In this document: in pieces, positions 9,069 through 19,900 of the stretch
Layout of the letters: each line of letters starts with the position of its first letter
How positions within the stretch are numbered: position 1 is the first letter of the stretch
NCBI GenBank assembly: GCA_964650645.1
Contig: CAZYUH010000001.1
Location: 411,032-475,031, forward strand
DNA length: 64,000 nucleotides
Direction: 5' to 3'
DNA from: an uncultured Candidatus Saccharibacteria bacterium
GTDB lineage: Bacteria > Patescibacteriota > Minisyncoccia > Phycocordibacterales > SBAW01
The notes under the pieces: model-generated
Databases searched by the model: none
The model's input: the letters and a program-made list of their open reading frames with translations, nothing else
Told to the model about the DNA's origin: nothing
Made by a program: the position numbers and the translations under genes

Positions 9069-9087
9069 GCTTTGCTACAATAAGCGC

Positions 9088-9825
9088 ATGGATATACCGC
9101 TATTTGTCGGGGCGTTCGTCGCCGGCTTCCTCATGTTCCTCGCTCCCTGCACCCTTCCCATCGTGCCGGGCTACCTCGCGTTCATCGCCGGAGTTCCCCA
9201 GGGCCAGGCGGGAAGCGCGCGCCGCCGCATATTCATAAACGCGCTCGCGTTCGTCCTGGGCTTCTCGGCCGTCTTCATCCTTCTCGGCTCGTTCGCGGCT
9301 GCCATAGGGGCCCTTCTGGGCCCGTGGCGCCCCCTCATCGCGCGCGCCGCGGGCCTCGTCATCATCCTCTTCGGGCTTACGATGCTCGGCGCATTCAATA
9401 TGCCGCTGTTGTCGGGCGAGCGCCGCATACGCCTCCCTAAGTGGCTCTCCCTCGGCCACCCGCACAGTTCTTTTCTAATAGGCGCGCTGTTTGCCCTGGG
9501 CTGGAGCCCCTGCATCGGCCCCATTCTCGGCACCATACTGTTTCTCGCCTCGGCGACCGCGACCGCGCTTGAAGGGGCGCTGCTGCTCGGCGTATTCTCG
9601 CTCGGCCTCGCTCTCCCGTTTCTCGCGTGCGCATGGCTCATAGGCCGGGCCGAGGGGGTGGTGGCGCGCGCGGGCCCGCTCTCGAAGGCGCTTTCGGCAG
9701 TTGGCGGCATCGTGCTGGTCCTCCTCGGGGCGCTCATGCTCACGGGCACCATGGGCACGCTCGTCGCGTGGGGCCTGGACCTCTTCGGTGGAGCCGGCTA
9801 CGACCGATTGCTCAACTACCTGTAA
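9088..9825 (+). CDS. ccdA: Cytochrome c biogenesis CcdA / DsbD transmembrane domain protein
   Basis: Start at ATG 9088 (MDIPLF); FLAPCTLPIVPGYL and GWSPCIGPILG redox Cys motifs; multiple TM helices. Confidence 0.9.
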   Translation: MDIPLFVGAFVAGFLMFLAPCTLPIVPGYLAFIAGVPQGQAGSARRRIFINALAFVLGFSAVFILLGSFAAAIGALLGPWRPLIARAAGLVIILFGLTMLGAFNMPLLSGERRIRLPKWLSLGHPHSSFLIGALFALGWSPCIGPILGTILFLASATATALEGALLLGVFSLGLALPFLACAWLIGRAEGVVARAGPLSKALSAVGGIVLVLLGALMLTGTMGTLVAWGLDLFGGAGYDRLLNYL

Positions 9826-9842
9826 TAGGGCACTATAGGCCT

Positions 9843-10178
9843 ATGCTTAAGATAACAGTCCGCATACTGGCAACCGCAGGGGCGCTATTGCTCATGCCGA
9901 GCCTCATAGACGGCATTTCCGTGGCCAACTTCTACACGGCGGCCATCGCGGCGCTCATTTGGGGCGTCATGTCGATAACGATACGCCCCGTGCTCGGGCT
10001 CCTGACCCTGCCCATCAATATCATCACCTTCGGGCTCTTCTCGTTCGTGCTCAACGCGCTCCTCTTCTGGTTCGTGGCGTCCTTCGTGCAGGGCTTCGAG
10101 GTGTCGGGCTTCCTGGCCGCGCTTTTCGGCGCGGCGGTGCTCGCGCTCGTGTCGTGGGCGGTGGATGCCGCCCTGTAA
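9843..10178 (+). CDS. Phage holin family 4 / YvlD-like membrane protein
   Basis: Start ATG 9843 (MLKITVR); IRPVLGLLTLPINIITFGLFSFVLNALL signature. Confidence 0.85.
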   Translation: MLKITVRILATAGALLLMPSLIDGISVANFYTAAIAALIWGVMSITIRPVLGLLTLPINIITFGLFSFVLNALLFWFVASFVQGFEVSGFLAALFGAAVLALVSWAVDAAL

Positions 10179-10184
10179 ACTCCT

Positions 10185-11159
10185 ATGGCCTTAGTCGATG
10201 AGCTTACGATAGCCGCAAAAGCGGGCAAGGGAGGGGACGGCGTCGTGCGCTGGCTCCACCTGAAGGGCAAGGAATACTCGGGACCGTCCGGCGGCAACGG
10301 CGGCGACGGGGGCGATGTCTACGCGCGCGGCGTACGCAACGTGTCGCTCCTGGCGCGCTATCGCGGCGAAAAGAGGTTCGCGGCGGGCGATGGCGCTGCG
10401 GGCGAAAACCGAAGCAGGCACGGCAAGAAGGGGGAGGACCTGGTTATCGACGTGCCGGTAGGCTCGCTTATCCGCAACAAGGAGACCGGCGAGGTCCACG
10501 AGGTCCTGGAAGAGGGCCGGCAGATTTTGATACTCAAGGGCGGGCGCGGCGGCGCGGGCAACGAGGTATTCAAATCCTCGGTCAACCGCGCCCCGGACGC
10601 GGCCATGCCCGGCGGGGAAGGAGAGTCGGCGGAGCTCGAGATAGAGCTCCAGCTTATCGCCCAGGCGGGACTTATCGGCTTGCCGAACGCGGGCAAGAGC
10701 TCGCTCCTCAACGCGCTCACGGGCGCCTCGGCGAAAATCGGGGCGTACGCCTTCACCACGCTCGATCCGAATCTCGGCGTTTTATACGGCTTCGTGCTTG
10801 CCGATATTCCCGGGCTCATAGAGGGAGCGTCCGAGGGCAGGGGACTCGGCTCGAAGTTCCTGCGCCACATCGCCCGTACCGAGCTGCTGGTCCACTGCGT
10901 ATCCCTGGAATCCGAGAATCCGGAGGACGACTACCGCATAGTGCGCAAGGAGGTCGCCAGGTACTCCCCGGTCGACCTGTCCGGCAAGCGGGAGGTCGTA
11001 GTGCTCACCAAGGCCGACACGCGCGACCCCGTTTTCATAGAAGAGGTGGCTGCCCGCATGCGGCTCCACGGCGCTCCGGTCTATACCGTCTCGGTGCTGG
11101 ATGACGCTGCGGTAAAGGCGCTCGGCGACCGGCTCGTAGCCCTGTTGAGAAAAGCATAG
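10185..11159 (+). CDS. obgE: GTPase Obg/CgtA
   Basis: VDELTIAAKAGKGGDG, GPSGGNGGDGGDV, GLPNAGKSSL, YAFTTLDPNLG, DIPGLIEGA, TKAD. Confidence 0.96.
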   Translation: MALVDELTIAAKAGKGGDGVVRWLHLKGKEYSGPSGGNGGDGGDVYARGVRNVSLLARYRGEKRFAAGDGAAGENRSRHGKKGEDLVIDVPVGSLIRNKETGEVHEVLEEGRQILILKGGRGGAGNEVFKSSVNRAPDAAMPGGEGESAELEIELQLIAQAGLIGLPNAGKSSLLNALTGASAKIGAYAFTTLDPNLGVLYGFVLADIPGLIEGASEGRGLGSKFLRHIARTELLVHCVSLESENPEDDYRIVRKEVARYSPVDLSGKREVVVLTKADTRDPVFIEEVAARMRLHGAPVYTVSVLDDAAVKALGDRLVALLRKA

Positions 11160-11185
11160 CCCCGAGGTAGTATCGTCATATAGCT

Positions 11186-12571
11186 ATGGCGACCTATAAA
11201 GCGACTATCGGCCTGGAGATACATGCCGAGCTCCGGACTGAAACCAAGATGTTCTGCGCGTGCCGCAACGACGCGGATGAGAAGCGCCCCAACCAGAACA
11301 TCTGTCCGGTGTGCATGGCGCATCCCGGCACGCTTCCGGTCATAAACCGCGAGGCGGTGCGCCACGTGCTCATGGTCGGCCGCGCCCTGGGCTCGAGGAT
11401 CGCGGACTACACGGAGTTCGACCGGAAGAATTATTTCTACCCGGACATCCCCAAGGGCTACCAGATAAGCCAGTACGCCTACCCGCTGGTGTCGGGAGGC
11501 TCCCTCAACGGCATCGCGATAACGCGCATACACCTTGAAGAAGACACCGCGCGCTCCCAGCATGAGCGCGGCAAGAGCCTCGTCGATTACAACCGCGCCG
11601 GCGTACCGCTCATGGAGCTGGTGACCGAGCCGGTCATACATGACGCGCAAGACGCTGGCGCGTTCGCGCGCGAGCTCCAGACGCTCCTGCGCTCGCTCGG
11701 GGCGGGCGAGGCGAACATGGAGAAAGGCGAGATGCGCGTCGAGGCGAATATTTCAATAAGCGCCGATGATACTCTCGGCACCAAGGTCGAGGTAAAGAAC
11801 CTCAACTCCTTCCGCTCCGTCGAGCGCGCCATCGCCTACGAGATAGCGCGCCAGTCGGCGTTGCTTGATTCCGGCGGCACGGTGGCGCAAGAGACGCTGG
11901 GCTGGGACGAGCGCGCGCAGAAAACCTACGTACAGCGCAAGAAGGAGAAAGCCCACGACTACCGCTACTTCCCGGACCCCGACCTGCCCAAGCTCAGGCT
12001 TTCTGAGATTCCCGAGCTTTCCGCGGAGGCGCTCGATGGCGCGATGCCAGAGCTCCCGTGGGCGAAGCGCGCGCGCTACGTCATAACGGGCGCAAAGCCA
12101 GAGTACGCGGAAATGTTCGTGCAGGACGCGCGCTACGGCGCCTTGTTCGACGCGGTAGTCGGCGACAAGGCGCTTGCTGCAAACTACATAGGCTCCGACA
12201 TCGCGGGCCTTGCGGCGAAGCACGGCGAGAAGGGCGTGTCGCGCATATCCCCCGAAGGCCTCAGCGCCATGCTTGCCGCCATAGGCGAGGGCAAGCTCTC
12301 GTCGCGCGGAGCGAAGGACGCGCTCGCGGAGGTGTTTGTGAACGGTGGCGACCTGGCGGACGCCATACGCAAGTACGAGCAGCAGAGCGACGAAGGGGCG
12401 CTTAAGGCCGTCGCGCAGAAAGTCATCGATGCCCATCCGTCCGTCGTTGCCGACTTCAAGGCAGGGAAGGCGGCGGCGCTCCAGTTCCTGCTCGGCCAAG
12501 GCATGAAGGAGTCCCGAGGCTCGGCGAATCCGGCTGCCCTTAAAGCCGCGCTTGAGTCGCTTCTTCTCTAA
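11186..12571 (+). CDS. gatB: Asp/Glu-tRNA amidotransferase subunit B
   Basis: IGLEIHAEL.T.TKMFC, FDRKNYFYPDIPKGYQISQY, DYNRAGVPLMELVTEP, DYRYFPDPDL. Confidence 0.97.
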   Translation: MATYKATIGLEIHAELRTETKMFCACRNDADEKRPNQNICPVCMAHPGTLPVINREAVRHVLMVGRALGSRIADYTEFDRKNYFYPDIPKGYQISQYAYPLVSGGSLNGIAITRIHLEEDTARSQHERGKSLVDYNRAGVPLMELVTEPVIHDAQDAGAFARELQTLLRSLGAGEANMEKGEMRVEANISISADDTLGTKVEVKNLNSFRSVERAIAYEIARQSALLDSGGTVAQETLGWDERAQKTYVQRKKEKAHDYRYFPDPDLPKLRLSEIPELSAEALDGAMPELPWAKRARYVITGAKPEYAEMFVQDARYGALFDAVVGDKALAANYIGSDIAGLAAKHGEKGVSRISPEGLSAMLAAIGEGKLSSRGAKDALAEVFVNGGDLADAIRKYEQQSDEGALKAVAQKVIDAHPSVVADFKAGKAAALQFLLGQGMKESRGSANPAALKAALESLLL

Positions 12572-12643
12572 GGGGAGTGCCTTCTACCCGATATATCGGC
12601 ACCCCGTTTTGCGTCTCGGCAAAGCGGGGTGTATCATTTATAT

Positions 12644-13501
12644 ATGGATGAGCTAGAAATATCGGGAAAGCGACACATCTCGACGCGCCGCGCCGCACGT
12701 GAGCATGGCTATCACAGCGACTACATGGGACAGCTTATCCGCTCCAAGAAAGTGGCCGGACAGAAAGTCGGGCGTTCCTGGTATATAGATGAGGAGTCGC
12801 TCAATGCGTACCTGGGCAAGGCGCCCATGCCTGCGCCTCCCCGCGTGGTAGTCCCGGTCCCGGCAGAAGAGCCGGCCCTAATCAATGATGCGCCCGCGGT
12901 CGCTGAACCGGCGCCGGCCTCCGTTCCCGTCGCTCAGCACGATGCTGTTCCCGCGCCTGAGCCTGTTCCTGTCCGCACAGCCGATGAAGAGGTACCGCAT
13001 CCTGCCGCCCCTTCTTTGGAGTCAGGCGCGGAAATTGAAATACCTGTCACGCGCCTGGTGCAGGTAAGCGGTGTCGAAAGCGCGAGCACCCAAGCGAATG
13101 AGGCAAAAGAGCAGCCGGTACCCGCGCCGCGCCATGCGCAAGAGCCGGTGCGCGCCATATACCACGCCCCTTATATGGAAGAGCAGGAGGCTGTTAGGTG
13201 GCGGGAGACGCGCATACCCGTGCGCGCTTTTGCGCCGGAAGAGCCGCAGAGGGGAGGCTTGCGCTATGCGGCGGATGACTACGTGCATAGCGATGCGATA
13301 TCCGCCAATTCCGAAGCCTTGCAGTCATCCCATCGTCCTGCTCCGGCGCCGCGCAAGCCCTCCTCATTCCCGTACAAGAGCCTCGCATTCGTAGCCTTGC
13401 TTGCGACGGTAGCGTCTGTGTTCGCCTCTAATTTCATATCGACCACCATCGTTTCAGAGCAGGGAAAGTCAGCCACCGTCATCCGCGCTATCCACTGGTA
13501 A
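12644..13501 (+). CDS. N-terminal excisionase/MerR-like (HTH_17-type) protein with Pro-rich linker and C-terminal TM helix
   Basis: Start ATG 12644; ISTRRAAREHGYHSDYMGQLIRSKKVAGQKVGRSWYIDEESL; SLAFVALLATVASVFA TM segment. Confidence 0.8.
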   Translation: MDELEISGKRHISTRRAAREHGYHSDYMGQLIRSKKVAGQKVGRSWYIDEESLNAYLGKAPMPAPPRVVVPVPAEEPALINDAPAVAEPAPASVPVAQHDAVPAPEPVPVRTADEEVPHPAAPSLESGAEIEIPVTRLVQVSGVESASTQANEAKEQPVPAPRHAQEPVRAIYHAPYMEEQEAVRWRETRIPVRAFAPEEPQRGGLRYAADDYVHSDAISANSEALQSSHRPAPAPRKPSSFPYKSLAFVALLATVASVFASNFISTTIVSEQGKSATVIRAIHW

Positions 13502-13552
13502 GCATTCGGGGTCACAATACTGTATTTGTCAAATTACGTTTAAATCAAACAA

Positions 13553-13592
13553 AAACATACTCCCGTCAAATAATTGACGGGAGTTTTATTTT
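13553..13592. terminator. Intrinsic terminator hairpin
   Basis: ACTCCCGTCAA-ataa-TTGACGGGAGT followed by TTTATTTT. Confidence 0.65.
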
Positions 13593-13928
13593 GCTTAATG
13601 CGCAAAAAGCCTTATTTATAAACTCTTTTAGCCGAGATATCGGATAGGCTATACGAAAAATGCTTTTTAAATAAAGGAGTACTCGGTAATGCGATTTCAT
13701 GCTTTTTATCGGGTATGTCTTTTGAATGATTAGCGTCAATCGAAAGCGTGGCCGGTGCTAATTTTGGGCTTGATTGAGAGGGTGGCGCCGCGCTAACGCT
13801 GTTTTTATCCTTGCGCTTTTGCGGCTTATTTTCTTCACTTTTTTGACAGAAAAATAAAAAGCCCGGCTTAAAATTATTCATAACTCCGCACACGAACTTT
13901 CCGAGCAAACAAAAGATTTTTCGGCCCT

Positions 13929-16900
13929 ATGACCTCAAGCAAAAAGCTCTTTTCAAAGACCGGCGAGACACTGCTTAACGCCCGAAAGGCCGCCGTTCTT
14001 TTGGAGTGCGCTCCCGACTACGTGAGCCGCTTGTGCCGCGAGGGAAAGATCGAAGGCGTGCGGCACCAGGGCCAGTGGTACATCGACCCTAAGTCGCTTG
14101 AGAGCTTCCGGGCGGGCCGCGATGCGGCGCGCCTTGCGCGCTCAGAAATGCTTTCCGCTGAGCGCCGCAACGAATCGAAGGCGTTCGCCCGGGCTAACGG
14201 CAAAGCGGAGGGAAAGCCCGCGCAAGGCATCATGAGCCGCATTCCGGCAATCCCGCTTTCGCGTCATGCCGCCGCGGCCTTGCTTATAAGCATGCTCCTA
14301 GGCGGCGCGGCGTACGCGTCGAGCGCGGCGTTTTCCGCCGCCCGGGCGCAGCCGGAGGCCCTGTCCGCTTCCGCGGGCCGCATCGAGTCGCCGTTCTTCT
14401 CGACGGTATCGTTTTCCTTCGAGAGCGTATGGCGCGCTATCGCATCGCTGTTCGCTCCGAGCCGCGATGTTGCAGTAGCGCCTTCAATGCAGGCAGACCG
14501 CACGCTGGCTGCGCAGCCGGCGTCGCCCGCCGCACAGCCTGCCGTTGTTGCCGCGACAACCACGCAGACCTTCGTGACGAACACCTATCCCGTTGTGGAG
14601 CGCACGATAGAGCGCACCGTGGAGCGCGCGGTTCCCGCGCAGGCGGCCGACCTTGGCGGCTTCGTTACCTACGACTTCCTCAATGCGCAGATAGACGGCG
14701 TGTACCGTTCTCTGTCGCGGCGCGGCAGCGGAGGCATCGCCGACTTCTCAAGCCTCACCGCCGCCGACATCCCGGCGCTTAACTACCTGCCGCTTACGGG
14801 CGGGACGCTTACGGGCGCGCTTTCCGTGTCGGCCACCTCGACCCTGGCGGGCATCGCGCTTAATGCCGACTGCAGCGCGTACAACAACGGCGGCAAGCTT
14901 ACGACCGATTCCTCGGGCAATGTCGTGTGCGATAACGACACAGCGGGCTCCGGGAGCGGCACCCCGGGCGGTTCTACGGGCCAGGTGCAGTACAACGATG
15001 CGGGCGACTTCGGCGGCGAAGCGGGCTTCACCTACGACGAGGGCGCCAACCGGCTCACTGTGTCTTTCGCCTCGACGACCGGCATTACCGCCGACTACGC
15101 ATCTACGACCAACCTGGTCGTCTCGGGCGTATCAAACGCGCTCTTGAAGACCGTAAACGGGGTCGTGGTGCCCGCCGTCGCCGGCACCGACTACCAGGCG
15201 GCGGGGAACTACGCGACCTTCGCCTACCCGTTCCCCTCGAACGCCACCACCACCTCCATCGCCTTCAACGGCGGCCTCACCGGGGCGCTGACCGGCAACG
15301 CCTCCACCGCCACGGCACTGCAGACCGGCCGCACCATCAACGGCGTCACCTTCGACGGCACGCAGGACATCACCGTAACCGCAGCAAGCTCCACGCTCCT
15401 TGCAAACAACAACACCTTCTCCGGGAACAACACCTTCTCCAACACCATTACCGGCTCAATCACCGGCAACGCGGGCACCGTCACGAACGGCGTGTACACC
15501 ACCACCTTCGGCGGCCTCTTCGCCGGGCAACTCGCGGGCACGACGACCGACGCCTTGGCAGAGGGAAGCGTGAATAAGTACTACACCGACTCGCTGGTGC
15601 AGTCGTACCTCAACGGCGTCGATAAGGGGTTCTTTTTCTCGACAACTTCGGCCGCGTACCAGCTTTCCGTTCTGGATAAGGGCTACTTCTTCTCGACCAC
15701 TTCAGCGGCATACAATCTCTCGACCATAGACAAGGGTTATTTCTTCTCGACGACGTCTGCGGACTACCTGCTGTCCGGCAAGAATTACGCAACCTTCGCG
15801 TACCCGTTCCCCAGCAACGCCACCACCACCCAGCTGGCGCTCAACGGCGGGCTCACTGCGCCGAGCGCGACCATCGCGTACGCGTCGACGACCGCGATAA
15901 CCGCCACGACCGCGAGCACGACCAACCTTGTCATCTCCGGCATCGCTACCGGCTCCACGCAGTGCCTCCAGATAAACTCCTCCGGTACGGTCTCCGGCAC
16001 CGGCTCGGCGTGCGGCTCGGGCGGCGGCGGAAGCATCACGCAAATCGGCCCTGCCGGCCAGATGCAGTCGGGCACGTCCATTACGCTTGCAACCTCGACC
16101 TCGGGCAGCGACTTCACTATTACCGCGGCGGCGGACACCATTACATTCAATTTTCCTATCGCATCGGCTTCCAATACCGGCAAGCTCACTGCGGCCGACT
16201 GGTCGACTTTCAACGATAAGATCTCTTCGACTTCGCTCTCCGCAGGCGCGGGCATCGCGTACAACCCCGCGACCGGCGTCATTACCAACACTATTGGCTA
16301 CCCGTTCCCCAGCAACGCCACCACCACCTCCATCGCCTTCAATGGCGGCCTCACCGGCACGCTCACGGGCTCGCTCGTAGGCAACGCCTCCACCGCCACG
16401 GCCCTCCAGACCCCCCGCACCATCAACGGCGTCACCTTCGACGGCACCTCCAACATCACCGTAACCGCGGCCTCCTCCACGCTCTTGGCGAACAACAACA
16501 CGTTCAGCGGCACCAACACGTTCTCCAACACCATCACCGGCTCAATCACCGGCAACGCGGGCACGGTCACCAACGGCGTGTATACCACGACGTTCAACTC
16601 CCTGTTTGACCCGCGCTTCGCTTCAAGCTTCGCCGGCACCACCACCGACGCACTCGCGGAAGGCTCGACCAACCTCTACTACACCCAAGCCCGTGCCACC
16701 GCGAACTTCATCGCCAACCTCGCGGGCACGTCGAGCGTCGCCTCCATCACCACGCTCCCGAACCTCTCCCTGCCGTCCTCGCAGGTGACGGGCCTGTTCG
16801 CCTACCCGTTCCCATCCAACGCCACTACCACCCAGCTGGCGTTCAACGGAGGCGCCACCTTCGCGGGCGCCACTACGACCGCGCTCGCGGTCACCGGCTC

Positions 16901-19900
16901 CACGACCGTCAGCAGCACGCTCAACGTCGGCGGCGTCATCAACGCCAGCGGCGGGGTAATCGGCAACGTAACCGGCTCCCTGGTGGGCAACGCCTCGACC
17001 GCCACCGCCCTTGAGACCCCTCGCACCATCAACGGCGTCACCTTCGACGGCACGCAGGACATCACCGTCGCCGCCGCGTCCTCGACCCTGCTCACAGACA
17101 ACAATACGTTTAGCGGAAAGACGCTTCTTGCCAATGCCACCACCACGAACCTCGCCGTCACCGGCGTCACTTCGTCGCTCCTTAAAACCTTGAGCAATGG
17201 AGCGGTGGTAGCGGCGGTGGCGGGCACCGACTATGTCGCCAACACGTCCGGCGACTGGACCGGCACGTTCGACGGCCAGGAGGGCAGCTATTACCTCAAT
17301 GCCGCCAACCTCGCGAACTTCGGCGTGCCGTTCTACAATTTCTTCTCGGCGACGACGACGAGCGCGCTTGCGGAGGGGTCCAATCTTTATTACACCGACG
17401 AGCGCGTAGACGACCGCGTCGGCGCGCTCCTGCAGGCGGGCAGCGGCGTCAATCTCACGTATGACGATGGCTCGGATACGCTCACCATATCCGCGACCGG
17501 CGGAGGCGGAGGCGGCACCGACGTCAACTGGACGTACTTCAACGGCTCGACCATACGCCCGGCAACGAGCACCAACCAGGTGCTTGTCGGCGGGACGTCG
17601 ACTTCGACGCTCGTCTCGCCGTTCGCCAAGCTCGGCGTCTTGGGCGGCGCGTCCATAGACTACGCCTCGACGACCGGCATCACCGCTTCGTACGCGTCGA
17701 CGACGGACCTTGTTATATCGGGAATCCCGAACGGAATCCTTAAGACCGTAAACGGCGTCGTGACCGCCGCTACCGCGGGCGTCGACTACCTCACGAGCGG
17801 CAGCAGCTTCGCGTATCCGTTCCCATCCAACGCCACCACCACCCAGCTGGCGTTCAACGGAGGCGCCACCTTCGCGGGCGCCACTACGACCGCGCTCGCG
17901 GTCACCGGCTCCACGACCGTCAGCAGCACGCTCAACGTCGGCGGCGTCATCAACGCCAACGGCGGGGTAATCGGCAACGTAACCGGCTCGCTGACCGGCA
18001 ACGCCTCCACCGCCACGGCCCTCCAGACCCCCCGCACCATCAACGGCGTCACCTTCGACGGCACCTCCAACATCACCGTAACCGCGGCCTCCTCCACGCT
18101 CTTGGCGAACAACAACACGTTCAGCGGCACCAACACGTTCTCCAACACCATCACCGGCTCAATCACCGGCAACGCGGGCACGGTCACCAACGGCGTGTAC
18201 ACCACCACCTTCGGCGGCCTGTTCGCGGGGCAGCTCGCGGGTACCACGACCGACGCGCTGGCGGAAGGCTCGGCCAACCTCTACTACACCCAAGCCCGCG
18301 CCACCGCGAACTTCATCGCGAACCTCGCGGGCACGTCGAGCGTCGCCTCCATCACGACGCTCCCGAATCTCTCCCTGCCGTCCTCGCAGGTGACGGGCCT
18401 GTTCGCCTACCCGTTCCCCTCGAACGCCACCACCACCCAGCTGGCGTTCAACGGGGGATTGAGCGCGACGACCATCACGGCAGATGCGGCCACCTCCACC
18501 AGCCTCTTCGGCGGCCGCGTCACGGGCAGCACGGCGAGCTTCGGCGCGACCGCGACCTCGTCGTTCAGCTCCGCGGGCGCCCTCACGCTCGCCAATCTCT
18601 CGAACGCGGTGCTCGCGGTCAACGCCCAGGGCCAGGTCGTCGCCACGTCCTCGATCGGCATGAGCCAGCTCACGGGCACCCTCGGCGTCCCCAACGGCGG
18701 CACCGGTTCGACCACGCTCGGCGGCCTCCTCATCGGCAACGGCACCGGCGCTATCGCCTCGGCTGCGGTCACGGGCCCCCTCTCGTTCTCGGGCACCACG
18801 CTCTCCATCGCGCAGGCCACGGGCGCGCAGAGCGGCTATCTCTCGTCGGCTGACTGGTCGACATTCAACGGCAAGGTATCCTCTTCGTCGCTTTCTTCAG
18901 CGAACGGCTACCTCACGTACAACGGCTCGACCGGCGTCTTCACCGCCTCCACGTCGCCGACCTACGCGGCCGCGACTTCGACGGCCTTCAGGACGACGTC
19001 GCTCACTATCGGCACGCTCACCGGCCTTCTCAAGGCCAGCAGCGGGGCGGTGGCGGCGGCGGTGGCGGGCACCGACTACGAGAACCCGCTGACCTTCAGC
19101 TATCCGCTCCAGCGCACGGTTAATGCCGTCTCGCTCGCGTTCGGCACCACCACCTCCAACACGTGGGCCGGCACGCAGACCTTCACGAACGCGCCGCGCC
19201 TCGGTACCCTGACCGGCCTCGTCGGCGCCAACAACGGCACGCTCTACCAGATCTCCACCTCCACCAGCTTCGTGACGTCGCTCACTGCGGGCGCCGGCAT
19301 CTCGCTCTCGGGCGCCACGGGCGCGGTCACCGTCACCAACGCCATCGGCTATCCGTTCCCGTCCAACGCCACCACCACGCAGATCGCGTTCAACGGGGGA
19401 GCGACCTTCGCGGGCGCGACCACGACCGCGCTCGCGGTCACGGGCTCCACGACCGTCTCGGGCGTCCTCAACGCCGGCGGCGTGGTGAACGCCAACGGCG
19501 GCGTTACCGCGGCGGGAGCCTCGACCATCGCCTCCACTACGCTCACCGGCAGGACGCTGCTTTCGAATGCGACCTCTTCTTCTATATATACGCCGGTGCT
19601 CGGCGTGAACGGCGAGTACTTCACCAACCTCACCGGCGCGGGCCTGCAGAACGTCGGGGGCGCGCTCACGCTCGATACGGCGGGCGACTGGACCGGCACG
19701 TTCGACGGCCAGGAGGGGAGCTATTACCTCGCCAACTCCTTCTCGACCACGAGCGCCGCGTACTTCAGCTCGCTGGGCCTCGCGTTCTCCACTACGTCCA
19801 GCGACTACTGGCTTTCCCAGAAGACCACCGGCAATCTCGCCGAGGGTTCTAATCTGTACTTCACGAACGCGCGCGCCGACGCCCGCATCGCCGCCGCTAC

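Noticed and set aside
13612-13908. 98-aa minus-strand ORF
   Set aside because: AT-rich, atypical codons, no recognisable motif; more likely regulatory DNA
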